This document shows positions 20,620 to 31,428 of a DNA stretch of 64,000 nt, piece by piece; positions within the stretch are counted from its first letter, which is position 1; every line of letters begins with the position of its first letter. A model generated the notes under the pieces. The model had not been told where the DNA came from and did not search any database. It saw only the letters and a program-made list of their open reading frames with translations. The stretch lies in IMG/VR virus record IMGVR_UViG_3300035698_012088, positions 64,001-128,000 of that record. One strand, given 5' to 3'. The DNA comes from a virus. The position numbers were made by a program, and so were the translations under genes.

Positions 20620-22065
20620 ATGATAACAATAGGTAAGTTTGGACATGTAGTTTCTGTGAATCCTTGGGTTCCTCAATTGGCAGAAGAATTGACCTGCTAT
20701 AGGCAGATCACTACTCCTAATTGGAGATCAAAGTCTGGCTTGGATTTTAGTTATCAAGCAGAACCTTTGTACTCTTTAGAAAAGAGACCTGATGGGGGAA
20801 CCCAAGGATTAGTGTTTGGGGGCCTCTTTGTGAGGCTTGTTAAAAAACTTAAAGAGTTAAATATAAAATATACAGTGAAGGACTACCAAGCACCCCTTCC
20901 AGATCCTGACTTTGATAGGCTAGCTAATATGCTAAGACCTAAGCAGAATAAGATCCTGGCTGCAATATGTTCCTCACATAGAGGCGTCATTGTAGCTCCT
21001 CCTGCTATAGGGAAGACATATGTACTAGAGCAACTATGTAGAGTATATAAGAATACTAAGATTCTAATAACCACTCCTAAAAAGGAGGTACTTAGAGATA
21101 TCTATGATAGAGTCACTATTTCAAATCCAAGGAAAAAAGTTATACAAGTACATGCTACTGCGTCTTTTGATCCCGATGCTGATGTTGTAATATGCTCATC
21201 TAAATCGCTTCACAAAGTGCCCCCAGACTGGGCCTCCCTACTTCTATTTGATGAAGTCCATGGAGCAGCAGCACCAAAGATTTCTAAGGTTCTATCTCAG
21301 TTCACAGGCTGTAGGCGATTTGGTTTCACAGCCTCCCCAAGTGGAAGATCAGATGCATCTGAGATATACATTGAGGCCCTATTTGGACCTGTTATATGTG
21401 AGGTTCATTATACCGAGGCTGAGGGCGATAAAACAGTAGCCCCAATAGAAGTAGTTATGCTTGACATGGATAACATAGCAGAGATACAGAAGAAGAACCC
21501 TATAGCTAAAGAGAGGCACAATATCTGGAGAAATAGGACAAGGAATACTTTAATAGCTGATGCTGCACACACCTTTGACAAAGAGGAACAGATTCTCATT
21601 CTGGTGAAGACAATTGAACATGCTTTACATTTGAGATTGATGCTTCCCAACTACACCTTAGTACATGCTGGGATGACACAGGATAGATATGATCAATTCA
21701 ATAAGATGAACCTACTTGAGGTAGATGATCTTCTGAAACCTGACATAGAGCAGTTCAAGAAAGATTTCAGAGATGGGGATCTAAGACATGTAATAGCCAC
21801 TATGTGCTGGAGAGAAGGGATTGATTTCCCAGACCTTAGTATTCTGATTAGAGCAGATGGATTAGCAGGAGCTATCCCCGCTATTCAGATAGGTGGAAGA
21901 CTATCTAGAGTGTCTAATGGTAAAAAAGAAAAGGGACTTATAATTGACTTCAATGATAAATTTAGTGAGACCTTCCTAGCAAGAAGTAAAAAAAGAATGG
22001 CACATTATAAAAAACAAGGGTGGTCAATTAGAAGAACCACAAATATTAAAGGACTAAGTCTCTAA
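20620..22065 (+). CDS. superfamily 2 DNA helicase (UvsW-like)
   Basis: APPAIGKT, FDEVH, FTASP, EGIDFP and QIGGRLSR motifs. Confidence 0.9.
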   Translation: MITIGKFGHVVSVNPWVPQLAEELTCYRQITTPNWRSKSGLDFSYQAEPLYSLEKRPDGGTQGLVFGGLFVRLVKKLKELNIKYTVKDYQAPLPDPDFDRLANMLRPKQNKILAAICSSHRGVIVAPPAIGKTYVLEQLCRVYKNTKILITTPKKEVLRDIYDRVTISNPRKKVIQVHATASFDPDADVVICSSKSLHKVPPDWASLLLFDEVHGAAAPKISKVLSQFTGCRRFGFTASPSGRSDASEIYIEALFGPVICEVHYTEAEGDKTVAPIEVVMLDMDNIAEIQKKNPIAKERHNIWRNRTRNTLIADAAHTFDKEEQILILVKTIEHALHLRLMLPNYTLVHAGMTQDRYDQFNKMNLLEVDDLLKPDIEQFKKDFRDGDLRHVIATMCWREGIDFPDLSILIRADGLAGAIPAIQIGGRLSRVSNGKKEKGLIIDFNDKFSETFLARSKKRMAHYKKQGWSIRRTTNIKGLSL

Positions 22066-22583
22066 TGAATAAACTTGATGAAATCTTTGAAGCTATCTGT
22101 ATGTACACAGAGAGTGGTTTTATACCTAATAGAAAATATATGGGTAAGAATTATGGGAAATTAGCCAAGAACCTAGAGACTTGGGACTGTTGTGCCTTTG
22201 AGTTCTGTTTCTTCATCTCCTTTTTCAAGAGAGGTGTGGCTCACCAAGGACCGTATAGGCTGAAGTTCACAAACATGTTGAATGCTGAGTCTACTTGGAA
22301 AGAGTACATTAAGTTCTCTAAAACAAGATCTACTCAGATCAAGACCCTAGCTAAGTTAGCAGAAGAGACTTTTGAAAATAATGTAAAGGTATACAATGAT
22401 GTGTCCTTTGTGTTGCATAGCATAGCAGTTCCCTTGAACTCTGTGTTTAGGGTAGAGTATGCCTTGAAGCATAAGCTACAGGATATTGTAGATGAGTATA
22501 TCCATACAGTGGAATACATTGTAATGGGATGCCCCGAGTATCTAAAATATTGTCCTTTAGTAAAGGAGTATTTAATTGATTAG
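22065..22583 (+). CDS. hypothetical protein between the two helicases
   Basis: 172-aa coupled ORF. Confidence 0.65.
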   Translation: MNKLDEIFEAICMYTESGFIPNRKYMGKNYGKLAKNLETWDCCAFEFCFFISFFKRGVAHQGPYRLKFTNMLNAESTWKEYIKFSKTRSTQIKTLAKLAEETFENNVKVYNDVSFVLHSIAVPLNSVFRVEYALKHKLQDIVDEYIHTVEYIVMGCPEYLKYCPLVKEYLID

Positions 22584-22591
22584 GAGTCTAT

Positions 22592-24088
22592 ATGACAGAA
22601 ATTACAAGAGACCTTCCTGTACTTGAGGAGGGTGTGGAAACACAAGCAGATTATATAAAGAAAAGTACTATACTAAAACATTTATTGAGACTCCCTGGTA
22701 CAGTAGAGGCAGTCCACCCAAGAATAAAGAAATACAAGATATTTGAGGATCACCTTGACCTAGAGCTTATCTGGGGAAGCATGTCTGACTTCTATGAAAC
22801 AGCAAAGGTGAGGGTATTTAAGCCCCAAGCCTTGAAGACTGATCTAGACCTGAAGCTACTGGTAGAAGATAAAGAAACAGGAGTGCATACCCGTGCACTT
22901 TTAGATTCGTGGTTCAAGATTCCAGTAGAAGAGTTCTCAGAAGATCTGTTGCAGATACTTTTGAAACAAGTCTTTGAAGAATACATCTCTGTAGATATAC
23001 AAGAGAAATTAGCTGAAGGAACCTGTGATGTCAATGAACTCCTAGAGTCATCCAGGATGTCTTTGATGGATCCTTTACAGCTTCCTCCAGATGAAAACCC
23101 TTTTGATGGAGAACCCTTAGAATCCCTACAGGCAGCTGAGAGACAACCTCTTGGAATGCCTTTTATAGACCAAGCTCTTGATGGTGGATACATACCTGGG
23201 GAGCTAATAGGCTTTGTGATGCCTACAGGGGGTGGTAAGACCACTATAGTGTGGCAAGGCGTACATGAGTGCATAAAGAAGGGTAAAGACGTTGTAGTGG
23301 CCTCTTTTGAGCAACCACTGAAGGGTGATCTTGCTTTAAGAGCCCATGTCTTGGCTTCAGCCTCTACAAGAGGAGACTGGAATGAGACAAACCTGAGGAA
23401 CATTAAACCTGATGTATTACAGAGATATAGGGACTCTAGAGCAGCATGGAAGAAGCATTTACATTTCTTTTCATGGGTAGATGCTAGACAGCCCTTCAAC
23501 TCCCCTTATGACATTTTTAGAGCAATAGATGGACTAATCTCTAAAGGTAAGAAGCCTGAGGTATTGTTCATAGACTGGTGGGGAGCAATGAAACTTAAGC
23601 TATTTGCCTACAATCCTACAGCATCAGATTTCATGAGAAGAGCGCAACAACAGATGTGGTTACTTGAGCTTAAGGGCTTGGCTACTGCATATAACCTACC
23701 TATATTTGTGTTCCATCAATTAGCTGGAGCTGTAGCTGGAGTAGATAAAATAGCTAGTGCTCATGACGCCCAAGAAGACAAAAACTTTGCGAACATGTTG
23801 GATTTCTGCTTTGTTTCCACTAGGAAGGATAGTGAAGGCACTGTGACTTTTAGACTAGATAAAGCTAGAGCAGCAGATAATACAACTGTTGAGGTCATCC
23901 TTGATGGGGCTAGATGTATGTTCAGAGGTGCTGGACCAGACCATAACACAATCTTACTGAGGGAAGAGATTCCAGAAGAAGTAAATGAAGAAATCCCTGA
24001 TACGCCTCTTGATCTACCTCCTATTGCAGAAGCAGGGTTTTTATTTGATGAAGGTGTTGGGGGAGCATATGACATAGAAGAAGAATGA
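22592..24088 (+). CDS. DnaB-like (SF4) replicative helicase
   Basis: GGYIPGELI..MPTGGGKT, SFEQ, LFIDW, FHQL and DKAR arginine-finger motifs. Confidence 0.85.
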   Translation: MTEITRDLPVLEEGVETQADYIKKSTILKHLLRLPGTVEAVHPRIKKYKIFEDHLDLELIWGSMSDFYETAKVRVFKPQALKTDLDLKLLVEDKETGVHTRALLDSWFKIPVEEFSEDLLQILLKQVFEEYISVDIQEKLAEGTCDVNELLESSRMSLMDPLQLPPDENPFDGEPLESLQAAERQPLGMPFIDQALDGGYIPGELIGFVMPTGGGKTTIVWQGVHECIKKGKDVVVASFEQPLKGDLALRAHVLASASTRGDWNETNLRNIKPDVLQRYRDSRAAWKKHLHFFSWVDARQPFNSPYDIFRAIDGLISKGKKPEVLFIDWWGAMKLKLFAYNPTASDFMRRAQQQMWLLELKGLATAYNLPIFVFHQLAGAVAGVDKIASAHDAQEDKNFANMLDFCFVSTRKDSEGTVTFRLDKARAADNTTVEVILDGARCMFRGAGPDHNTILLREEIPEEVNEEIPDTPLDLPPIAEAGFLFDEGVGGAYDIEEE

Positions 24089-24240
24089 GACTCAAACACT
24101 GGAATGAACGAAGTGAATGGAATGGAGCTGCTGAAAGCGGCGACTCTTCTCTTCTCCCTAACGACTAAAATGATGAAGCGATCCCAAGAGAGCTGAAGAA
24201 CCTTTTTAGGAGTTAATAGCTTATTAGCTCTTTAACTCTA

Positions 24241-24347
24241 GGATACCCGCAAATCCAGGGTATCTTAACATACCCCGGAATCCAGGGTATGGGAACCGCA
24301 AATCCAGGGTATGACATTCTACCATACCTACAAATCCAGGGTATGGG
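24241..24347. repeat. four iteron-like direct repeats, candidate replication origin
   Basis: AATCCAGGGTAT at 24252, 24279, 24301 and 24333, three with internal ATACC/GGTAT inverted arms; followed by AT-rich DNA; non-coding gap downstream of the helicase. Confidence 0.7.
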
Positions 24348-24432
24348 ATTCTTTAACATTTTCTAATTCCTATCTACCAACCCCTTATGACTATTCCTGT
24401 GATTATTTTAGGATAATTGTGTTTAAAAGGTG

Positions 24433-24461
24433 TTGTGTTTAGATATCTACCCCTGTATATT
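24433..24461 (+). promoter_or_regulatory. sigma70-type promoter
   Basis: TTGTGT-17nt-TATATT upstream of the AAGGAG RBS of 24492. Confidence 0.45.
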
Positions 24462-24491
24462 GATTAGTAGAACAACATAAGGAGACAAGAG

Positions 24492-24656
24492 ATGAAACAA
24501 AGAGTAAACTGGCTGAAACCCCAAGAAGTCGCAGATGCTTTAGGAGTAACTAAGAGAACAGTGTATGCCTGGATAGCAGAAGGGAAGATCAGGTACAAGA
24601 CTATTGGGAAGACATACCGGCTCCCTGATACTGTTTTGATGGACGATGTGGAATAG
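24492..24656 (+). CDS. 54-aa excisionase-like (HTH_17) DNA-binding protein, missing from the ORF track
   Basis: MKQRVNWLKPQEVADALGVTKRTVYAWIAEGKIRYKTIGKTYRLP..., AAGGAG RBS. Confidence 0.85.
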   Translation: MKQRVNWLKPQEVADALGVTKRTVYAWIAEGKIRYKTIGKTYRLPDTVLMDDVE

Positions 24657-24708
24657 ATATAACAAAATAAAACCCCCTGGGCTAGAGGGGGCTTAAAGGA
24701 ACTGAACA

Positions 24709-25371
24709 ATGAATAATATACAACATCTACGGGTAAAAATCTACCCTCAGAGACATTATGATACGTGGAAGTTTTTTAATTCGCCCACTGTCCAAATGAT
24801 ATTAGATGTAATGCTGTACAGCCTTCAGAGCTGCAAAGACTTTGATCAATTTTTGGAAGGGACTTCTGAAGGTAAGTTCAGATTTCAAAGGAGCCAAGTT
24901 CTAGCATTATCTGGAATGTGTGAAGATAGTTATGATAGAGCTCTAGCTAAGCTTCAACCTTATATCAAATCTAAAGAGCACGTGAACAAGTTTGAATGGT
25001 TATACCAGATAGACCTAAAAAAACTAGTTACTGTTATGCATGAAGCAGACCTGGAACTTAACTCTTTAAAATTAGCTCCTACAGTTAAAACTAAATTTAA
25101 GAATAGAGTGGTTACTTGGGAAGATCTATTAGAAGCCTATAACCTTATTACAGAAGAGAATATAGAGGTTAAAAAGGAAGAGCCCAAAGCTATAACTGTT
25201 AAAAAGGAAGCTCTTAAAGTTATATACACTACTCCTGAAGAAGTTAAGTTGGTTAAGTTATGGAAGACCATTAATAGAATTGATGTGAAGCCAGAAGAAT
25301 ATGACGTTGCAATGAGAGCGTATATTTCACTAAAAAACAACATCAAAGAGAAGCAGTATGTCGACAATTAA
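24709..25371 (+). CDS. putative winged-HTH protein, possible replication initiator
   Basis: FQRSQVLALSGMCEDSYDRALAKL HTH-like segment; lies next to the iteron-like repeats. Confidence 0.4.
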   Translation: MNNIQHLRVKIYPQRHYDTWKFFNSPTVQMILDVMLYSLQSCKDFDQFLEGTSEGKFRFQRSQVLALSGMCEDSYDRALAKLQPYIKSKEHVNKFEWLYQIDLKKLVTVMHEADLELNSLKLAPTVKTKFKNRVVTWEDLLEAYNLITEENIEVKKEEPKAITVKKEALKVIYTTPEEVKLVKLWKTINRIDVKPEEYDVAMRAYISLKNNIKEKQYVDN

Positions 25372-25466
25372 ATGAGAACAAACTAATGTTAATTCTACCA
25401 CACCCCCTGGATTAGGTTTTCTACTAGATGATAAAAAGGGCGGAACTTTTGGGATAGGAGAGTAAA

Positions 25467-25622
25467 ATGAGATGCTCTATACAGGCAGAGAAATATAATC
25501 AGGAAAAAAGAAAAAGAGATAAGATACATAAGGCCAGCAAAAAGAATCTTAAGAAGTTAGGCTGCAAAAAGAAAAAGAAAGCCAAGAACCAGTACGGTTT
25601 GGTAGAGGAGATAATAAAATGA
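25467..25622 (+). CDS. small basic protein (51 aa), not in the ORF track
   Basis: AGGAG RBS; Lys-rich; stop overlaps the next ATG. Confidence 0.5.
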   Translation: MRCSIQAEKYNQEKRKRDKIHKASKKNLKKLGCKKKKKAKNQYGLVEEIIK

Positions 25623-26035
25623 GACAAGTGCAATTACTAGAGTTGACCGGCCTCAGGACTGACTGAGGGGATGATGATATTAAGATGTCAGATCCTAGAG
25701 AGAAGGCCTGGGTAGAAGTTGATGACGCTGAATATAAGACTCTTAAAGAGTACTTTAGAGACTATTCCCACAGAGTGAATGATAGAGAATATTATGTCCT
25801 GGCCACTAGAATGGACGGAGTAACTGCAAAAGAAAAAATAGCTGAAGTCCTAGAGCTTGCTAAGATAGTTATAGAGCAACAGAGAATCACTGATGAGAAA
25901 GCTGTAAGAGCTATTGAAAAGAGAAAGAAAGCTGCAGAAAAGAAGAAGAAAGAAAAAGAAGCTCTAAAGGCAAAGACTGATAGAGAAAAGTTGGATGTCC
26001 TTGCTGCCAAATTAGGATTGAAGATAGGAGATTGA
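25619..26035 (+). pseudogene. paralog of 26037..26465 with in-frame TGA at 25664-25666
   Basis: GAGGAG RBS plus ATG 25619 gives MRQVQLLELTGLRTD*GDDDIKMSDP..., in frame with ORF 25685..26035 and aligned with the paralog's VQVQIVDI N-terminus. Confidence 0.65.
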
Positions 26036-26036
26036 G

Positions 26037-26465
26037 ATGAAAAAAGAAAAGAAGGTACAGGTCCAGATAGTGGATATTTATACTTATAATGGATGCTATG
26101 AATGTGGAGAGGAGATACATCTGAACTCTTTGGAGGATGCAGATTGGATAGAGGTTTCCCAAGAAGAGTATGAAATTTTAAAGAGATATTTTCTAGAATA
26201 TGATATAAAAAGAAGACAACCTAAGGGATTTGCAGATACAGAAAGATCCATTCTTGTAGAGAAAATTCCTAAAGAATCTGCTTTAGAGAAAATCAAAGCG
26301 ACTATAGCATATGCCGATGATATAATAAAAGACAGAGAAAAAGCTAAGATTAAAAGAGCAGAAGCTAAGGAAAGAAAAGCTAAAAAAGCAGAAGCAGAAA
26401 AATCAAAGAATATGGAAGTTGAGTTTAAAAGACTAGCTAAGAAATTAGGGAAGACTATAACATGA
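26037..26465 (+). CDS. hypothetical protein with basic coiled-coil C-terminus
   Basis: W.EV...EY..LK.YF and LA.KLG shared with the upstream paralog. Confidence 0.7.
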   Translation: MKKEKKVQVQIVDIYTYNGCYECGEEIHLNSLEDADWIEVSQEEYEILKRYFLEYDIKRRQPKGFADTERSILVEKIPKESALEKIKATIAYADDIIKDREKAKIKRAEAKERKAKKAEAEKSKNMEVEFKRLAKKLGKTIT

Positions 26466-26732
26466 AGCCAGAGATAAATAAATGGTATAAAATAAAGTAC
26501 CTGAAGTCCTCTAGCAAAAGGGGGTTCCATGGTAAAGCTAAATGTATAAAGTATGAAAAATCTGAAAAGGCTTGGCACTTTAGAAAAGCAGATGAACCCG
26601 ATGTAATGAACTACTTTAACTACATGCTCTTTAGGGAAGAAGAGATCAAAGAGGAATGTAGTTCTGAGCCTACCTATGCCGAATTGCTTGATAAAGTAAA
26701 GGAACTGGAGACTCAATTAGAAGGAGATTAAC

Positions 26733-27812
26733 ATGCTTAATCCTAAACTGTATAATGCACTGAACAAGATGTTTGGTGATGTTAGAATATCCAGAGAAGA
26801 TGATGAAGCAGAGTATAGTATCCCAGCAGGGAGGTACTCTTGTTTTACCCCTAAGCAGAATAAGTATGCTGATCTAGAAGATTGGGGTGAGTCTTATGAA
26901 GTGTCTTGTCCAGTTTGTGGAGATACAAGACATAGACTAAGATTCTGTCATCTCTGGGGAGAGAAAGTAATACCTAAAGGCACAAAGAAACCTGTGTACT
27001 TTGGTAAATATTGTATGCATTGCTATAATGAGGAATGCCATAAGACTGAAAAGATATGGACACATTTAAACAAATTAGACTTTACCTCTACAGAGGTTGA
27101 AGTTGCCGCATCCTATACTGCTAAGAATGTACCTTTTAAGAAGATGCTGGATATAGAAATTCCAGTAGTGAAGGGGGCCTTGCCTCTTATTGATTCAGCC
27201 CTTCCTGGATATGTAAGGGATTATCTCCAAGAGAGACATTTCTATATCCAAGAGCTTAATGACCACTATATGTGTAAGTATATACCTGCTGGACTTGATT
27301 GGCATAATGAGGACAAATCAAAAACTGTATCATTCTATGAGGACAGGCTCTTCATTCCTATTATCCAAAGGCAAGTCCAAGTATCTTGGCAGGCTAGGAG
27401 AATAGTAGAGAACGGGATGCCTTTGAAATATCTCTTCCCTCCTGGATGCAGGAAGAGTACCTATGTATATAATATGGATAATGCCCTATTACATAATGAG
27501 ATTGTTATATGTGAAGGAGTTACAGATGTGTGGAGAATTGGTCCCCATGCTGTAGCTATATTTGGTAAGAGTTTAAGTCTTGCCCAATTAGAGATAATGA
27601 GAGTGCTGTGGGGATTTGATGGTAAAGCTGTAATTGCTTTAGACCCAGATGCCAAAAAAGCTGCACACAATATTGCAAAGATGCTTAGGTTTAAAGAGAT
27701 ATTCCCAGGAGGAGTGTCTGTACTAGACTTAGAAAAAGGCGATCCGGATAATTACTCTAGAGAGGAGATAAACTCTCTTATTTCTGAAAAAATGAAGGAA
27801 ACACATAACTGA
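26733..27812 (+). CDS. DNA primase (zinc finger plus TOPRIM)
   Basis: CPVCGD..H..C..C, RLFIPI, WQAR, KY, ICEGVTD, LDPDA and GDPD motifs. Confidence 0.88.
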   Translation: MLNPKLYNALNKMFGDVRISREDDEAEYSIPAGRYSCFTPKQNKYADLEDWGESYEVSCPVCGDTRHRLRFCHLWGEKVIPKGTKKPVYFGKYCMHCYNEECHKTEKIWTHLNKLDFTSTEVEVAASYTAKNVPFKKMLDIEIPVVKGALPLIDSALPGYVRDYLQERHFYIQELNDHYMCKYIPAGLDWHNEDKSKTVSFYEDRLFIPIIQRQVQVSWQARRIVENGMPLKYLFPPGCRKSTYVYNMDNALLHNEIVICEGVTDVWRIGPHAVAIFGKSLSLAQLEIMRVLWGFDGKAVIALDPDAKKAAHNIAKMLRFKEIFPGGVSVLDLEKGDPDNYSREEINSLISEKMKETHN

Positions 27813-28708
27813 TGGATATTGAACTAACAGGTAAATACAAAAAACATTCCTTAGCTTGGTTACTGCAAAGAACCTACACTAAGACCCTTAAACCAAAAGA
27901 GGGTGTAACAAAGTTGCACATAGATATCCCAACACACTTGGATGCTAGAGCAAACCAACCCCTATTAGGATATACCTTTGAGTATACCACATCTTTAGAA
28001 CAAGTACCCCAGGAGTTTAAATATAATAATGTCTGTACCTATCTGTCTAAAGAGATAGAGGGGACACAGGCCTTTAAGGCTCTCAATGGGTTTATACAAA
28101 TCAGACCTGGAAGAGTTATTGGGTTTGATATTAGAGAAGGGTACAACTACAACAGACAGGATGATATACAATATATGCAAGGATATGGACATGAAGATTA
28201 TTCTAATTTCTATAATGACCTCTTAGATGCAAAAATAGACCAGGAGATAAAGGAACATCAAAGCAGGCCAAGGGTAGGGTACAGCAGCTCCACTAGGAAA
28301 CAGCTTTTCTTTGATGAGGAAAGGTACACCCAAGCTTTAGTAGTACCTGATATTATATATGAATATGCAGTTCCCTCTAGTTCTAGTAGTGACTGCACTG
28401 ACTTTTTTCATGCCTTTATCACCAAACCTAAAAGAGGTAAATACCATGCCTATAGAGAAAAGAGCACAACCAGTTATTATGGAAAAAGAATAAAACAATT
28501 CCAAGAGACCTCATTGGCAGCTTTCTATAGTATCCATGAAAAAGATAAAAAAAGAGCAGGAGAATATAGAACTTATGATTTGAAAACAGATCCCGTGACA
28601 TTTCAGAGAGAACATATAGACGTTGTATGGGATCTATTTGAAGAACCTGAGATGGATGGAAATCTACAAGAGATTTTAGAGACAGCTATGGTAGTAGAGG
28701 AATTATAA
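27812..28708 (+). CDS. hypothetical protein between primase and polymerase; C-terminal tag (MVVEEL)
   Basis: 298-aa coupled ORF. Confidence 0.7.
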   Translation: MDIELTGKYKKHSLAWLLQRTYTKTLKPKEGVTKLHIDIPTHLDARANQPLLGYTFEYTTSLEQVPQEFKYNNVCTYLSKEIEGTQAFKALNGFIQIRPGRVIGFDIREGYNYNRQDDIQYMQGYGHEDYSNFYNDLLDAKIDQEIKEHQSRPRVGYSSSTRKQLFFDEERYTQALVVPDIIYEYAVPSSSSSDCTDFFHAFITKPKRGKYHAYREKSTTSYYGKRIKQFQETSLAAFYSIHEKDKKRAGEYRTYDLKTDPVTFQREHIDVVWDLFEEPEMDGNLQEILETAMVVEEL

Positions 28709-28717
28709 GGAGAATAG

Positions 28718-30401
28718 ATGCAACCATTTAAGATAACAGTAGCACATAGAACATGGACCATCAAATCTTGGGATGGTATTTCTGATCCAGTAGAGGCAGC
28801 AGATGAGGAGTTCGCAGCACTAGATACTGAGACAGAAATGATCAAAGAGGGATCCCCCATAGTGCCTGTAATCCTACAGGTGTGTTTCCCCAGATCTAGC
28901 ACTGTATATGTTACTACTGCAAAACAAATGCCTGACTTCATTAGGAGAATGGATACACTAAATCCTGAATTGGAATATGTGTTTCACACCGCCCCCTTTG
29001 ACCTCAATGTATTAGACTTTAGAAATAACACACTATTCGCTGCCCTTAGAGAGGGTAGGGTTACAGATGTGTACTTGAGATATATGATGGAGAGCCTTGA
29101 TAGAGGCAGATTCAATTCCAATGCTTCTCTAAAGGCAATGGCGAAACAGCTGTTGAAAATAGAGTTAGATAAGAATTCAGATATCAGATGCACCTTTACA
29201 CTAGACGCTCCCTTAACAAAGGAACATATAGAGTATGCTGCAATTGATAGTATCGTAACAGCCCTAATCAGAGACATTCTAGTATCTAAATATGAGACTG
29301 AGCAGCTACAGCTACTCGGATATATAGCCTTGAACTCCATAGGGAGAAATGGCTTCCTAATAGACAGAGAGTATCTAGATAAGGTTAGGAAAGATGTAAA
29401 AGACGACATAGAATCCAAACTATATGTATTGAATACCTTTGGCTTTTGGCCAGGGAAAAAGAACAACACCCATGTGCTACAGAAGCTATTGGCTAGTTTT
29501 GAGACAAGATATAATCTGACATTCCCTAAGACGCCAACAGGGAAGATATCAACTACAGATGCCTTATTGGAGAAGCTGGGAGATAATTGCCCACCTTTCC
29601 TACACTGCTATAAAGAATATGTTCACTTGAACAAGATGATGAAAAACTTTTTAAGTGATAAATATATTTATGCAGATGGAAGAGCTCATCCACATTTTAG
29701 GCCACTTGTGGCTACAGGTAGAACAAGCTGCAGTAAAGTTAATATTCAGCAAGTGCCTAGAAAAGAGGGAATGAGGGGAATATATGTAGCTCCAGAAGGC
29801 AAGGTTCTATTAGCAGTAGACTATTGTCAAGCGGAGCTATGTGCTTTAGCTGAACACTGTTTACTAAATTATGGTGAGTCAAGAATGGCTGAGATTATTA
29901 ACTCAGGGACCGATCTTCATAGTTGGTTTGGTAAAGTATTGATGAAAGAGTCTGGATTAAATCCTGAAAATGAGTCCAAAGAGGTATTAAAAGAGTTCAG
30001 GCAGATGTCAAAATCTGCAAGCTTCGGATATCCTGGAGGCCTTGGGCCACAGACATTTATGGAATATGCAAAAGGATATGGGTTAGATATAGATTTAGAT
30101 GGAGCAAGGAAATTAAAAGAGGTTTGGCTAAATACCTTTCCTGAGATGAAGTATCATCTGAAACCCACAGAAGATACAATTAGCACAAGTAAAGAAGTAA
30201 AGAAGTATTGTAAAGAGCATTTAGATAGAATGTATTGGGACACAGAAACAATACAGGACTTATCTGGAGTTTTAAAGCAAACTGGTAAAACAGAAAAAGA
30301 GATAAGAGACATCACATTTAAGATGAATAGATATATGTCAACGACCTTAACAGGAAGAGTTAAAAGAAACTCAACTTATTCAGCAGCGTTGAACTATGTG
30401 T
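28718..30401 (+). CDS. polA: family A DNA polymerase, exon 1 (3'-5' exonuclease plus motifs A and B)
   Basis: ALDTET, HTAPFD, YAAID exonuclease motifs; TGRTS, DYCQAEL, RQMSK..FG; ends AALNYV at the intron. Confidence 0.92.
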
Positions 30402-30447
30402 AAACTTGTTGCACATATAAAATTGGGTGAATTCGGTGGAAGCCAAC

Positions 30448-30476
30448 TTGACAATCTGCTTAGTAACTTGTATGTT
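30448..30476 (+). promoter_or_regulatory. sigma70 promoter inside intron 1, likely driving the HNH gene
   Basis: TTGACA-17nt-TATGTT. Confidence 0.55.
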
Positions 30477-30645
30477 ATTAAAGGCAGATGGTAATACCGA
30501 GCCAAGCTTAAGCAGCAATGCTTTTGAAGGTGTAGAGACTAACTCCCGACTCCCTAGAGGAGAGTAATGGAGACAAGAGCGCCCAGCCCCTAGAAATAGG
30601 GTGATGATATAGTCCAGACTTACACAATGTCAAGGAGATAATATA

Positions 30646-31428
30646 ATGTCAGGTTCTAAAAAGAAAGAGACTCAAGAAGAGTATCTAAGTAAACGTAGAG
30701 ACAGATATAGAGAGAAGAGAGCTTCCCTTACACTTGAAGATACTGAAAAGGAGAGGGTGAAAAATAGGAAGAGAAATAGAAAGTATAGATCACACCTCTC
30801 TCCAGAGAAAAAGAAAGAAAAGTATTTAAGAGACTGTGAGGCATCTAAGAATAAGAAGTTGGGTAATTTAACTAGCATTAATCTTATTTTAGAGACAGCG
30901 GGCAAACGGATTTGTTCTGTTTGCTCGAGCAAGAAAAAACTTTCAGAATTTTCTAAAAAAACCAAAGGTACGTGGAAGAAGATTTGTGATCTATGTTTGG
31001 TACAGAATTATAAAAATTCCTGCAGAAGGGAGTTTAAAGATATAAGTTCTCCTGTATTTTGGAGAACAAAAGCCTACTCAGTTAATTCAGGAGCCTTAAT
31101 TCGACTCAGGAAGAGACATGACCCGGCACTTACAATTCAAACATTAGATTACAAGACCTCTGGCGAAGATCTAATAAATCTTTTTTATAGGCAAGATAGT
31201 AAATGCCTTTACTGTGATATAGAATTAACTGAAGAGAATTTACATATAGATCATAAAGAGGCTCTTTTGGGACCTGACACCCATGCTTTAGATAATTTGG
31301 CTATGTCCTGTAATATATGTAACAGGGCCAAATCTAATCTAAACGAGGAAGAGTTTGTAGAATTATTAAAGGAATTATCTAAGAGAGTATGTGAAAAACA
31401 CTCTCTATCTCCAAGTGTAAGAGCGTAG
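30646..31428 (+). CDS. intron-encoded HNH homing endonuclease
   Basis: CLYC...HIDH...DNLAMSCNICN; N-terminal CxxC pair; AAGGAG RBS. Confidence 0.88.
   Translation: MSGSKKKETQEEYLSKRRDRYREKRASLTLEDTEKERVKNRKRNRKYRSHLSPEKKKEKYLRDCEASKNKKLGNLTSINLILETAGKRICSVCSSKKKLSEFSKKTKGTWKKICDLCLVQNYKNSCRREFKDISSPVFWRTKAYSVNSGALIRLRKRHDPALTIQTLDYKTSGEDLINLFYRQDSKCLYCDIELTEENLHIDHKEALLGPDTHALDNLAMSCNICNRAKSNLNEEEFVELLKELSKRVCEKHSLSPSVRA

Noticed and set aside
22792-23499. Long antisense ORFs (also 26096..26716, 28984..29469, 40712..41215, 57219..57701 and similar)
   Set aside because: Shadow frames opposite well-supported genes, with S/L/F-rich composition and no motifs
24241-24347. Repeats as a mini CRISPR array
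   Set aside because: Core is only 12 bp, intervening segments are 10-20 bp and irregular, and no cas genes are present
24492-24656. Excisionase-like gene as evidence of a prophage
   Set aside because: No integrase, att site or host genes in the window; HTH_17 proteins are often plain regulators
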